Source: Octopus sinensis (taxonomy: Eukaryota). From it: DNA of 64,000 nucleotides. Where the stretch lies: positions 61,008,001-61,072,000 of the forward strand of contig NC_042999.1 of assembly GCF_006345805.1 (NCBI RefSeq), written 5' to 3'. Positions 27,800 to 40,900 of this stretch are shown one piece after another (the stretch's first letter is position 1; the number at the start of each line of letters is the position of its first letter). The notes under the pieces were generated by a model. The model had not been told where the DNA came from and did not search any database. It worked only from the letters and a program-made list of their open reading frames with translations. The position numbers were made by a program, and so were the translations under genes.

Positions 27800-29050
27800 A
27801 ATAAATATTAGGGAATATATCCAAATTACAGGGAAAAAAAATCAGATTTAGGATTAAATCCCATTTTATAGTAAAATATTATAAATATTATTTGAGACAA
27901 AACCACTATTTTGCAAAACAAAAAGGAAAGACTTCTAATCATAATAAATTTAATAAAATAGTCAAAGAAACCGCCACTACAATCGTTTCTTGTCTTGACG
28001 ACAATCTTCAGGTGGACTTCCAATCTAAAAAAATCAAAATTTTAAAATATAAAAATAATACTTTTAAATAATTAAAGTATAAATGAAAAAAATATAAGTA
28101 TATAATCCCATATATACCTATATATAATCCATATCGAAAATATAGACTAATTACCACGAATTCCCTAAAAAAAACCATGATAAAACAAAACTCTTAAAAA
28201 CATATAACGATAAAATCTCCCTTTGCTAAACTCTATAACAAACCTATATAAGTAAACCCCCTAACCTAAACATTCACACACAAATACACACACGTAACCA
28301 CAGACTCACGACTTATACACATACCTATACTAACTTATAACACCTCAATATACACAAAACCCACTCCCTCCCCACACAGACAAATAACACATACATCCCA
28401 AAACCTAAATAACAAACCCATATACACATTCACACACAAAACACACACTCACACGCAAAACACTCACACACAAAAGATACATATACTCCCTCACATATAC
28501 GCCTATACATACTCACTAAACTCGACATATACACAATACTTACACACCCACAAAAAACATATTACATTTATGAGCTTTAACTCACCTTAGCATCTCTAAC
28601 AAACAACTTGCAGTAACCCAATCCCATTCTCTATACCTACCTCACTACTACACTATTCCATTCACATTCCAAGCAACGCTAGTCCACCACCCGGTTATTC
28701 ACGTGGCAAAACGAACACCACTCAAAAATTATGAATGAAACAATGTAAAAAAAAATAACCAAACCTAAAATAGACAAAATACCACGATTACCTAAAAAAA
28801 CCATGATAAACCAAAACTCATAAAGCATATAACGATAAAATCTCCCTTTGCTAAACCCTATAACAAACTTATATAGCAATCCCCCTAACCTAAACATTCA
28901 CACACAAAAAACCCACACGTAACCACAGACCCAAAACTTATACACAAACCTATACTAACTTATAAACCTCAAATCACCAAAAACCACTCCCTCCCCACCA
29001 CAGACAAATTAACACATACATCCCAAATCCTAAATAACAAATATATCCAC
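27800..29050 (-). mobile_element. Non-coding PLE-like terminal region with hammerhead and internal direct repeat
   Basis: Extreme G depletion on the + strand; diverged ~270-bp direct repeat (about 28154-28425 vs 28781-29045); hammerhead fold on the - strand at 27974-28015. Confidence 0.55.
27974..28015 (-). ncRNA. Minimal type I hammerhead ribozyme (putative)
   Basis: - strand: CCAC-CUGAAGA-UUGUC(GUCAA)GACAA-GAA-AC(GAUU)GU-A-GUGG. Stem I is CCAC/GUGG, stem II is a perfect 5 bp, the core is intact and the cleavage triplet is GUA. Confidence 0.75.
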
Positions 29051-30230
29051 AGCTACCGTTACAACTAACTTCGAACTTTGTCTTCATTAATATGCCCAAC
29101 ATGTTTTCGAAATAGATTCAATCACGTGAAGCTGTCGATAAATTCTAACACCTTATTCTGACATATTCAAAAGAAGCAGATTAATTGTCACTGGTGATAA
29201 CCTAAAATGACATCATCTCACTAAAACCAACCCTTATAATTCTCTTTACCTGTTGTCATCGTTGTCGCCAGTCTCATACTCAAATGTATCACTTTCAACC
29301 AAATGTTTATATCTGTCAGTGAGATAACTATCACAATTTAATTACATCAGAGATTAATACGTGGCAAATAGCAATGACATACTTCTCCATATGTTTCAAA
29401 TATTTTATTGACTGATTTTTGTGTGCAGGCGTCAATCATCTTTTCGAAAATAATTGAAAAGATTATAGTATTAAATTAATAGTGCGGCTATCATTTTAAG
29501 GGAATCTTGATATGCTGTAACGTCATGCCAACTAAGATTGTATATTGCTAAGTTTCCATAAAAAATACGAAAAAATATGGAATTCATAGAGACTGCATAA
29601 TACCAAGGCGGGAACTATTCCAACATCATGAAACTACAATGTCACATATAATAATTGATGCGTTTTTTTATGGTTCATACGGTTTTTTTTTATTAATATT
29701 AAATCTTAAATTTCAAGATAAGAAAGTATCAATTACAAAGTGAATTCTTTTTCTGGCGTATGTCTCCTTTCAGGAAGACTGATTAAATATATTATTCCAT
29801 TAACGCAGTTAATATTCCTCATACCATGTCATGTTTCCAATACATAATATTACAAAACGGAATTTGCACTTATCTGTAGATTAAATAAATATCACATCTA
29901 GCTTTTATGAGGTAATGCTGATCAATCGAATACGAGGGTGTAGTGAAAGTTCCTGGCTTTAACGGTACTAGCAAATCTACCCATCTACGATAGAGGCATA
30001 AATTGAGGGTGGGAGGTCATGACAGCAGTCTGTATTGAGAAATGTGTAGATGGACCTGAAAAATTACTGGGTGATTTCTTAAAGAACTCACATTGTTGGT
30101 GATACAGCATTCTATTGCAGTTAAAAGACGTGTCTGCGACTAAGTGACATAGGATGATTCACTCCCAAACTGAAATAGGCTCCCAGCCTCTGTATCATGA
30201 AAGGTTATTTTTGCAGATTTATTAATAATT

Positions 30231-30423
30231 ACTTGTTTCAGTCCTCTGACTGTGGCCATGCTGCAGCACCGCCTTTAGTGGAGCAAATCGACCCCAGGAC
30301 TTATTCTTTGTAAGCCTAGTATTTATTCTATCGGTCTCTTTTGCCGAACCGCTAAGTTACGGGGATGTAGACACACCACCATCGGTTGTTGGGGGGAAAA
30401 ACACAGACACTGACACACACACA

Positions 30424-30514
<91 letters not shown>

Positions 30515-30684
30515 CATACATATATACGATGGGCTTCTTTCAGTTTCCGTCTACCAAACCCACTCACAAGGCCTTGGTCGGCCCGAGGCTATAGAAGAAG
30601 ATACTTGCCCAAGGTACCACGCAGTAGGACTGAACACAGAACCATGCTGTTGGTAAACAAGCTAATTACCAAACAGCCACTCCT

Positions 30685-30688
<4 letters not shown>
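30231..30688 (-). mobile_element. SINE family A, near full length
   Basis: Reverse complement of the head, body and tail seen at 9341-9843, with internal (CA)n(TA)n. Confidence 0.88.
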
Positions 30689-30732
<44 letters not shown>

Positions 30733-30737
<5 letters not shown>

Positions 30738-30950
30738 ATCCAAACATGAAAACACCAAGAGAAAGCAAAACAATATATATATATTATATATATATATATA
30801 TATGTAAACGTTAAAAAAACACAAACTCGGACAAGAACGTGAAACATTTTGAAGACGACAAAAAAACAACACAGACGGGACTTTCGAAGCTCTCAGTCAT
30901 CAGTCAAGAACCAGATCATCTTCGCAATTTCGGCTGATTATCTTGATATA
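30733..30950 (-). mobile_element. Short PLE-terminus-like repeat (decayed)
   Basis: Shares the 3' end GTTTGGATTAACTA(TA)n with 2325-2510; - strand contains CTGATGA-CTGAGAGCTTC-GAAA-GTC. Confidence 0.45.
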
Positions 30951-31011
30951 TATATATATTATATATATATATATATATGTATATTATACACACATACATA
31001 CATATATGTAT

Positions 31012-31075
<64 letters not shown>

Positions 31076-31263
31076 GTCAAATGGAATATTAGAATATTAA
31101 CGGTGAACAATCGACCAGTATAACAAAACAGCAAGAGGACAGATGGAATTTATTAGTTTAGAACTCATGAACATATAGATCCGAGACAAATAGCAATACC
31201 ACCAGGTATTTTGTACAACTCACTGGCGATTCTCCCCTGTTCGCTGCAATGTTCCTGCTGCTA

Positions 31264-31297
31264 CTGCAGCTACGGATACTATTGCAACTACTACTAT

Positions 31298-31337
<40 letters not shown>

Positions 31338-31452
31338 GCCACCACCACCACCACCATAACTAAAAGTAATAACAACAGCAACATCAACAACAACAAAAAC
31401 AACAACAACATCAATGATAATAATAATAATAATAATAAAAATAATAATAATA
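31264..31452. repeat. Compound trinucleotide microsatellite (CTA)n(CAC)n(AAC)n(AAT)n
   Basis: Directly visible. Confidence 0.95.
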
Positions 31453-31457
31453 AAAAA

Positions 31458-32013
31458 ATGCCCTGATGCAGTACCAGACAGTGACTCTCATGGCTTCTGA
31501 TCTTAACTGATTGGAAGTGTTATCATGTACATTGTTTTGTCTTGGTATAAAAGATGGGCTACAGCAAATATTCTGCTCAGTACCACAGATTTGCTTGTTA
31601 GTTGTTTGACCTTAACCAGGTGAGCATGTCTCTTAGTGGCTGACGATATATGCATTTCTGATCACAAGCAGAAGTAGTGGGGGAGCATCATAGCCATGTG
31701 TTGAGAGGGATTCTTTGGGGTTTGAATAATTCACCTCTGGAAACATAGGTGTTTCGTTCAATATCTTCAAACAATTCTTATTCAGGGACCTTTTGAACGG
31801 GATGGGCTACTCGATCAGAAGTAAATTCTAACTGGGTCCCACCTGCAAGGTCATGCGCTGTTTATCTTGATATGAAATCACCATGTCGCGCACATTTGGT
31901 TGTGATGCATGTGCCTGGTGTACCCTTATCTGACGGGTAGTCATGATGGGTATACTGGGCTTCGTGTGTTTTACCCCAGTGTCACTTTGATGGCATGCAC
32001 TGCTCTCTCACTC
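31458..32013. mobile_element. ~560-bp AAT-flanked repeat family, copy 3 (most complete)
   Basis: ATGCCCTGATGCAGTACC...GCACTGCTCTCTCACTC, between (AAT)n and (AAT)n(GAT)n. Confidence 0.88.
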
Positions 32014-32054
32014 AATAATAATAATAATGATGATGATGATGATGATGATGGCGA

Positions 32055-32262
32055 TTTCTAATTTTTGCCACTAGGGCAGATTAGGGGATGTGTGTAAGTC
32101 TATTACATCGACCACAGTGTTTCACTGATACTTAATTTATCGACCCCGGAAAAGATGAAAGGCAAGCTCGACCACGGCGGAATTTGAACTTAGAAAAGAG
32201 CAACGGGCGATATACCGTCAAGCATTTTTTCCAGCGCTTTAACGATTCTGCCAGCTTGTCGC
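32055..32262 (-). mobile_element. SINE family B, diverged copy
   Basis: TTATCGACCCCGGAAAAGATGAAAGGCAAGCTCGACCACGGCGGAATTTGAAC core. Confidence 0.75.
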
Positions 32263-32305
<43 letters not shown>

Positions 32306-32430
32306 GAAGAAGAAGAAGAAGAAGAAGAAGAAGAAGAAGAAGAAGAAGAAGATGAAGAAGAAGAAGAAGAAAGGAAGGAAGGAAGAAAGGAAGGAGAAAT
32401 AAGGAGGACAAAGAACCAGAACAACAAGTA

Positions 32431-32482
<52 letters not shown>

Positions 32483-32620
32483 GTGGTGATGATGATGATG
32501 ATGATTATGATGATGATGATGACGACGACGATGATGATGATGATAACGATGATGATGATGATGACGATGATGATGATGATGGTGGTGGTGGTGGTGGTGG
32601 TGGTGGTTTTGGTGATGATG
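32263..32620. repeat. Compound trinucleotide microsatellite (AAT)n(GAA)n...(GAT)n(GGT)n
   Basis: Directly visible; source of the poly-H/M/I/L ORFs. Confidence 0.95.
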
Positions 32621-33503
32621 GCGGAGTTTGTGAGAGTGTTGGCGGTAAATGATAAGAACAAGAAAAAAGATATAATGAAATAAAAAGAAAAGAAAGAACA
32701 AAGAATCAACGAACGATGTTATTTGTTTATTCTTTTTCTTTCCGTCTTCTTCCTCGACTAACATAGTATGTTGACTTTTCTCAGTCATAAAAACCATAGC
32801 TATCTTTTTGTTACTCTATTTCAAGATTAATTATTCGTATTGAGGTGAAAGCTATATTCTTAGTTGGAACTTGCTGGCTTCTTCTCACGGCTATCGGATT
32901 TCAAATGTTCTTGAACTTGATGCTGTTGCCCTGCTGAGGTATTTTAACATATATGCATATATATGTATGTACGTATGTATGTATGTGTGTATGTATATAT
33001 ATATGTATATGTGTGTCTTAGCGTGCGTGCGTGCGTAAATAGAAACATATGCAAACAAACCCTAAAAAAATGAAAACTTTGTACGCGTTTATTCTCGGTT
33101 GGATTGATTATATAATGAAATGTACACTACTTATGTATAGTCATATGAATACGCTTGTATGAATGCGTGTATGTGTGTATGTGTATACATATATACACTG
33201 GCACATCACACATACGTATATATATATATGTACATATATCTATATGTACATATGCCTATATATATATAGTACTGACTTTCATGGGAAACATGTATTTTTG
33301 TGGTTGAAACCTTTTGGATTAACTGGTGCTAGAGTGAGCCATATAGTGACCACTCTCTTATATTTATTTTATATATATATAATATATATATATGTACGTA
33401 TATATATATGCGTATATATGTATGCATGTATATAAATATATATATATGTATGTATATATATAATATATATATATATATGTAAGTATGTATATATGTATAT
33501 ATG

Positions 33504-33535
<32 letters not shown>

Positions 33536-34721
33536 TGATATATATATATATATATGTAAACACACGCAAACACGCGCGAGTGCTTCTGTTTATGTCAGTT
33601 AATTGTAGCTGTATGTATCAATTTGTCTGTATGTTTATGTTCATGTGAGCGTGTATGTTTATGTGGGTGCGTGAGTGAAAGCGTGTGTGCGTTTATTTGT
33701 GTGAGTGAGTGAGTGAGAGTGTGTGTGTGTATTAGTGTGCGCGCACGTGTTTGCGAGTGTGTTTGCGTATATGTGTGTGAGCTGATAAAAGGGATTTTGA
33801 CAGGTTTTGCAGAAATGAAGAGGAATATTTATTTTGCAGTATCTTCTGAGTCGCTTCACAAAAATGTGTTTGAAATCCCACCAGGAGCGAGTTAGCTCTT
33901 TTTCCTCCACTCACCTTCTTCTATTAAAAAGATTACCGAAAAGATAGTTTCGCTTGCCCCTCACCCTTTTGTAACTTACCAAGTTTGTTTACGTGCTGAA
34001 ACGGAAAAAAATCATTAACTGATTATAATTAAAAATAAATACAACGCGTAATAGAAATTGCCGTTCACGTTTTGGTTTTTCGTGTTGAGCTAGTACTGTA
34101 AATAATAGACGGGGAAAGAACTGTGACTGCTATCACGAGTTCTCTTGTGGTCATTCCGAATACAGTATTATTAATTAGGTCCATAAAGTGAAGTGATCAT
34201 TGTTTTCATATGCCCTCCAGTTAGTGTGAGTTTCATGACCTAGGTCTGGATTTTTCGAACTTTTGCCCCAGCGCACTTGTCATTCATGTCCAGTAGCTTG
34301 GGCGTACCACTTCGGATGAATATGTTCTAAAAATGTTTGAAAGCCATAAACCATACAACAGCAGTAACCATTTTTGACTCTATAAGTCAATGTCTAAGTT
34401 ATATTTAGTTGTATAATGAGTAAAATCATTGCCGAAAATTAAGGCGGTTCTAAGTTTAGTAGAAGGGTTCTAGAAAAGTATGCCGCAAACATTTTTGCCG
34501 TAGGAAGATTCGCCTCTGGATTTATAGCCGTAAGAAAGTTCGACGAACAGGAAATTTTGCAGCGAGACAAAAACTGTATTGCTCCCCTTAGTACAAAATT
34601 GTTTCACCCAATAAGAAGGTGTAAAGCAATTTCTTAGCTTATATAAAATTTCTTTATTCACTCGAGAATATTTTCTTGTGACAAACATTCCGGATACTAT
34701 ATATATATGTATATATATATA

Positions 34722-34800
<79 letters not shown>

Positions 34801-34820
34801 TGTATGTATGTATATATATA

Positions 34821-35053
34821 TTTTGTTTGTTTTTGTTTTAGTTTTTCCAGTTTCAGCTCTTGAGCTGTGGCCATGCTGGGGCACCGCCATTGTGGTGAAA
34901 GAGTACAGCAGGGATCACCACCCCCTGCCGGAGCCTCGTAGAGCTTTTAGGTGTTTTTTCGCTCAATAAACACACACAACGCCCGGTCTGAGAATCGAAA
35001 CCGCGATCCTGGGACCGCGAGTCCGGTGCCCTAACCACTAGGCCATTGCGCCT
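34821..35053 (-). mobile_element. SINE with family C tRNA head/body and a CR1-type 3' tail (chimeric)
   Basis: Reverse complement AGGCGCAATGGCCTAGTGGTTAGGG...GGTTTCGATTC...ACTCTTTCACCAC matches 62313-62620, then continues AATGGCGGTGCCCCAGCATGGCCACAGCTCAAGAGCTGAAAC. Confidence 0.8.
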
Positions 35054-36359
35054 ATATATATATATATATATATATATATAAGAGCTAATCAACGGCAGCA
35101 TTCGTCCTATTTTTCTGGACTGCCATGTTAGTTTGGCGATAAGTATTAATATCCAGTACCGCTGCCGTAGTCTCCTTTAGAGAGACTTAGAAATATTAAT
35201 ATTTCTATTTTTGAAAACGAGTTGATTTATTCCACTGAATTTAGGTAAATAAACCTTCGAACAGATGCAGCGTACTTTTTTAAGGCCAAAAATCCTGAGT
35301 CGAATCTTTCCGGGGCAAAAATTATTGCGGTAATATTACCGGATACGCAGTAAAAGCCAGGCTGCTGCACTGCAAATGACTAAATTTTGAAATTATTTCT
35401 GCAGTGAGTGAATCTTTGCTTATTTTCTGGTTCACGGGATTTATCCATTCCTCATATTTTCCAGTCAGACTACGAATTGGTAGTATACACTAACGAAACT
35501 TTCCTTGGTCACACTCGATCTGAGAATCTCAATTTATCTACTACTATTGCTACACGAAGCACTTTCTTGTGTTCTGTTATGAAGACGTCAAAGATACAGT
35601 AATGTAAAACCTACGCTTCAGGAATGAACTTGTTCATCATACTTAGAACATATTCAAAGACTACTAAATACCTTTTATATTCAACTAACTGCGCCTAGGA
35701 AGCTTTACTGCACTTCAGATCATAATAATGTTCGCAATTCGTTATAGAAAGCAGAGTCTCAATGCAATCACTCGAGACGGAAGCAAGAGCAGTACAATGT
35801 TCCTCAGATTGTACACTATTAAATTACGAAAATGAACATGTAATGTTATCCCTGAACAATAAAAAATCGATGAACATAATTGATCTTAGATTTTTCTATC
35901 AGTGTTTATGTGCGATTAGACTACAACAGCAACAACATAAAACGCAAAAATTATGATAGCCCACGGCAAAAGAAAAAGGAACCCTATTCTTGATTTATAT
36001 ATATGTATCGTGCAACAGGCTACACGATCGACACACAAACGGTTTGATCTTTGTGCATGTTTTCCCCATCTTTCTCCGTGGATTCTACAAGCAAAATATA
36101 ATGCAAGACTATTCGCCGCCCCTATACGTCAACAGAACATCAACTTCCCACTAATGTTCTCGCTGTCTCTATCGCGTACACAAGCTGAAAGATTTTGTCT
36201 AAGAGATACAGCTGTCTCGAAATCCCTGACTTCTAAAAGTTTATCATGCAAACATCGAAAAATAACCAATATCGAAATCTTCTATTTAGTTTCATCAGGT
36301 TTTGGCAACTTCAAATGCCTTGTGGGTTATAGAGAACCATTTTCTGATTGCAATATTAT

Positions 36360-36780
36360 ATAAAAAAAACACTTGTCTAGCGTCATAGTGGTCACACTAT
36401 CTTTGATAACACCACTTTTATATGTTACGTTTACGTCAACACTTAGGTATTTGTAGCACTCGTGTGGGGGTAAAGAAAGCATTGACGTTAAAACTTGTAC
36501 TCCGGGAAACACTTTTCCCCATTCAAATATTAAATGAAAACATTTCTTTTGGCCAAATTCCATTTCCATATCTGCAGGCATCCTACTGGTTCTCAACATC
36601 ATAAATAGTTCTGGAATACCTCTTTGAATTACCTGGTGCCATTTGTCGTAGACCGTAGAACAAAGCCATTGCATTTTGGTAAAAGAGATAACTGGATTTA
36701 ATGCCAAAATAAACAGAAGAGCAGACATATTGCCTCTTTGGAATATTCCTTTTGAAATATTAATAACATCAGAGACAATC
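36360..36780 (-). pseudogene. Decayed R4/Dong-like reverse transcriptase fragment
   Basis: ORF 36327..36728 contains DMEMEFGQKKCFHL and CYKYLSVD, resembling the R4/Dong RT motifs DIGMEFGLDKC and YKYLG. Confidence 0.55.
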
Positions 36781-36794
36781 GTTCCGCTTTCAGA

Positions 36795-36938
36795 AATGAG
36801 TAGATTGTTAACCAGGTCCTGTGAGACATTCAGTGACCGAAGCTAAGTGCTGTGTGAGTAAAAATAAAATCCTTTTCTGTAACCTAGTCATACTGACACA
36901 AGATTTTGTGTTTTCTTACTTCAGACAGTACAGCATAA
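36795..36938 (+). repeat. ~145-bp direct repeat, second copy at 38680-38824
   Basis: AATGAGTAGATTGTTAACCAGGTCCTGTGAGACATTCAGTGACC...CTTACTTCAGACAGTACAGCATAA is shared at both positions. Confidence 0.85.
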
Positions 36939-37147
36939 TTTTTTTTTTATAAAGGTTGTTTCTTCGGCACATATCTAGAGTCACTTCTTTTCACCTACCA
37001 AGTCATCAGTCACTGTTATAGAACTTCAAAGCTTTGAAAGAATCTGGTTCAGGTAGCTGAACTTAAGATAATTTAGGTAAAGTTTCTATATACAGCATGA
37101 ATTGGTCTTTTGACACACACGCACACACATACATAGATAAATACATA

Positions 37148-37825
37148 GATACATACCAGGTTTTATCATTTAAATATATATGATCATGTCTTGATATGCA
37201 ATTGTATGCATGAGAATACATACATAAAATATACAAATCTGCAAATAGACATACATACGTAGAGATATACATACATACATGCATACATAATACATACATA
37301 CATACATACATACATACATACATACATACATACATACATACATACATACATACAAAAATACCGTGTTGTTGATCTTGAAATTGTAATGGATCTACGTTAG
37401 AAACCGGCTCTCTCTGTATTGGCAAGGAATCCTGAAATAAAATCGAATGACATACATATATACATACATACGTACATAGTTACATACGTACATACGGACG
37501 TACGTACGTACATACATACATACATGCATACATACATACAAAAATACTGTGTTGTTGATGTTGAAATTGCAATGGATCTACGTTGGAAAACGGCTCTCTC
37601 AGTATTGGCAACGAATCCTGAAATAAAACCGAATGACATACATATATACATACATACATACATACATACATACATACATACATACATACATACATACATA
37701 CATACATACGTACGTACATAGGTACATACGTACATACGGACGTACGTACGTACATACATACATACATACATACATACATACATACATACATACATACATA
37801 CATACATACATACATACATACATAA
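37148..37825 (+). mobile_element. Tandem 3'-UTR units of an RLE LINE interleaved with (CATA)n
   Basis: The unit AAAATAC(C/T)GTGTTGTTGAT..TTGAAATTG..GGATCTACGTT..AAA..GGCTCTCTC..TATTGGCAA..GAATGACATACAT occurs twice and matches the 3' UTR downstream of the RLE ORF at 46121-46290. Confidence 0.75.
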
Positions 37826-38889
37826 ATGTTTCCACGTATACACACATAAATACTTACGTGTCTCTTTGCAAAGCAGATAACAATGGGCAGCTACTTCGAA
37901 ATCTTCTAAGTTTGTCAAGATCGTATGTAGAAGGGAAACTTAGTTTAGCTGAGTCTTCATAAGGATAGCCTCATAATGCCCTTTCTATTGAACCATAACA
38001 CACGTCAGTGGCATTATGCACTCATGACTCTTTGGTTAGAAATAAACTGAAATGATTCAAACAGGGTCCGGCAATACGTATGTAACAAGAATAACACACC
38101 AATGAAACTGGAGAACAAACAGAACTGAACGCAATGTAGAAGTAGATATTAGAGAATGTTTCATCTCTAACGATGCGGTAAATAAGTCTATTTATCTTCT
38201 TTACTCTATACGTAGAGATTAGTTAGCTAGTACCTTTAAAACGTACTTTTCTTGTTCAGATAAGGGTAGTCGTGCTTAAATTATCAATCCAATTAACAAA
38301 AATCAGTTTAACCATGGCTATCTAGGAAGGTGTATATCTAGATGATTTCATGCGCCCCTCCTGGATTTAGACAGTAGGGTCTAATTTGAAATATAACTGA
38401 TAACCTGTTCTGGTGGGTCGCGATATTGCGTTGAAGCACTCTCTCATTGCTTGTGAAGTAGTTCTGTTTTTTTGGGGTTTTTTTTCCCACCTCAATTACA
38501 GTTTCCTGATTGTGGAAGCTTCACAGAAAGCTAGAACCGTACATGTTTCATGTCACTGTAATTAAATTCCATTCTGATGTTCCCAAATATTAGTATTAGT
38601 AGCAGCATAAAATCAAATTCGAAAATTCCATTCCATAGCTTATAAACGGAATCGTGACCGAGTCGCAACGAATTGTAGGAATGAGTAGATTGTTAACCAG
38701 GTCCTGTGAGACATTCAGTGACCAAAGCTAAGAGCGGTTAGAGTAAAAATAAAATCATTTTCTGTAACCAAGTCATACTGACACACGATTTTGTGTTTTC
38801 TTACTTCAGACAGTACAGCATAAATTTTATAAAGCTTCTAGTTACTAAATCTTTTCTTTTATTCTCTCTCTCTGTCTCTCTCTCTGCCT

Positions 38890-38929
<40 letters not shown>

Positions 38930-39065
38930 ATTTACTCGTGTTCCTTTCTTTTGATGAGCGTAGGCTCGAAACTTAAAATTCTTCCTCACCTTCCCGAACG
39001 TTAAACTAATATACCTGCTTGTTGTTTACACACCTGCCTTCGTCTTTTTTGTAATTTTTTGTAAA

Positions 39066-39143
<78 letters not shown>

Positions 39144-39654
39144 TGCATGTATGTATGCTTGTATATATGTATATATGTGTGTATGTAAGTATGTATGTAT
39201 GTAAGTATGTATGTATGTATGTATGTATGTATGTATGTATCTATGTATGTATATATGCATGTATGATGTATGTATGTATATATGTAGGTATGTAGGTATG
39301 CATGAATGTATGTATGTGTTCCATTCAATAAGTTAAGGACAGAATTTTGATTGGGTCGCAAAGAATTGAAGGAATGTATATGAATATATAAATGAATAAA
39401 TAAATATATATATATATTATATATATATATTATACTACATATGTGTGCGTGTGCTTATGCATGTAATATGTATCGATAGCCGATATGTATATCCACTCTT
39501 TTCCTGCAAACTATGTGACTACTCTCCAGACGTAGCTGTATATACGTATATATTAAGCTATCTCTTAGGGGTGGAACATAGTTTCCAGGTAAATATTCGA
39601 TTGATAGATTTTTGCGAAGCAGATATCTTGTATTTTGTTTAGATACTTTCCTTA

Positions 39655-40065
39655 ACTCTTTTACTCTTTTACTTGTTTCAGTCATTTGTCTGTGACCATG
39701 CTGGAGTACCGCCTTTAGTCGATCAAATCGACCGCAGGACTTATTCTTTGTAAGCCTAGTACTTATTCTATCAACCTCTTTTCCCGAACCGCTAAGTCAC
39801 GGGAACGTAAACACACCAGCATCTGTTGTCAAGCGATGTTGGGGAATAAACACAGACACACAAACATACACACACACACTTACATATATATATATGTACA
39901 TATATATACGACGGGATTCTTTCAGTTTCCTCCTACCAAATCCACTCACAAGGCTCTGGTCGGCCCCAGGCTATAGTAGAAAACACTTGCTCAAGGTGCC
40001 ATGTAGTGGGAGTGAACCCGGAACCATATGGTTGGTAAACAAGCTTCTTACTACACATCCACTCT
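39655..40065 (-). mobile_element. SINE family A
   Basis: Reverse complement of the family A tail, body and head, with internal (CA)n(TA)n. Confidence 0.88.
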
Positions 40066-40900
40066 TACCCTTTAAAGTAAATATTTCTTCATTTGTCGAT
40101 GACATATTCGGTTAAAAATGCTTTGTTGATTCAGGTGGTTTTTATAACGGGAATTTCCTTGCTCCAAATTCTCGAGTTTTTCTTTACTAGTTTTTTTTTT
40201 ACTGTCAACATTGTGAAGTCCTGATGACATATACGTTACACATTTTTCTCGTAAAATATCAGTACTCTACTTCATTGCAGATTACCTACTTCTCCTCAAC
40301 TCAGTCTATTATTATTCTTTAGCTCCACCTAACCTTGAAAAAGGCGACATATGCTTAAAAACCGTTTCAGTGATATTGTATCTAGGATTAGATTATGCCG
40401 TCTGTTCTACACTTTAAAAACGGCAGGGCGTGATTCGAGTGAGATTGGCTGCTAGCTGCAGTGTATCATATTCTCAAGTAGAAACTTGCTCACTGAGTCA
40501 TTGTCTAATTTTGTTTCCCGCCTGAGGGATAAATAAGATTACATCATTGTATACAGTGTCACAGGTATAGTGAGAGTATATTTTTAAATATGTATTGCAT
40601 ACAAAATATGGTCATGCATTTGTTTTCCAATAGCTTCTATAACATTGAATGTATTGGCATGTCGACGCATCTTTTTCTTGGTGCTTCCCTTGCACACACA
40701 ACACAAAACTTTCTGCTCTGGTATGAACACTTTGTTAACACTCGTTACAAATTCAGGTTTCGGCTACTTCTGAATCGTTTGTAATAGGGAAGATGTTTGA
40801 AATACTCGGTTGTTTTTTCTTGCTGTTTATCCCAAAATCAAGAAAGCTCATTCATTATCAAAGATGTTTTACCAATGACATTCTTCTCTTCGATTTCTTG

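Noticed and set aside
30870-30910. Hammerhead on the - strand (CTGATGA-CTGAGAGCTTC-GAAA-GTC)
   Set aside because: Core words are present but stems I and III cannot be formed in this copy; kept only as part of a decayed repeat.
36960-37015. CTGATGA...GAAA on the - strand
   Set aside because: No pairing for stems I, II or III; likely chance.
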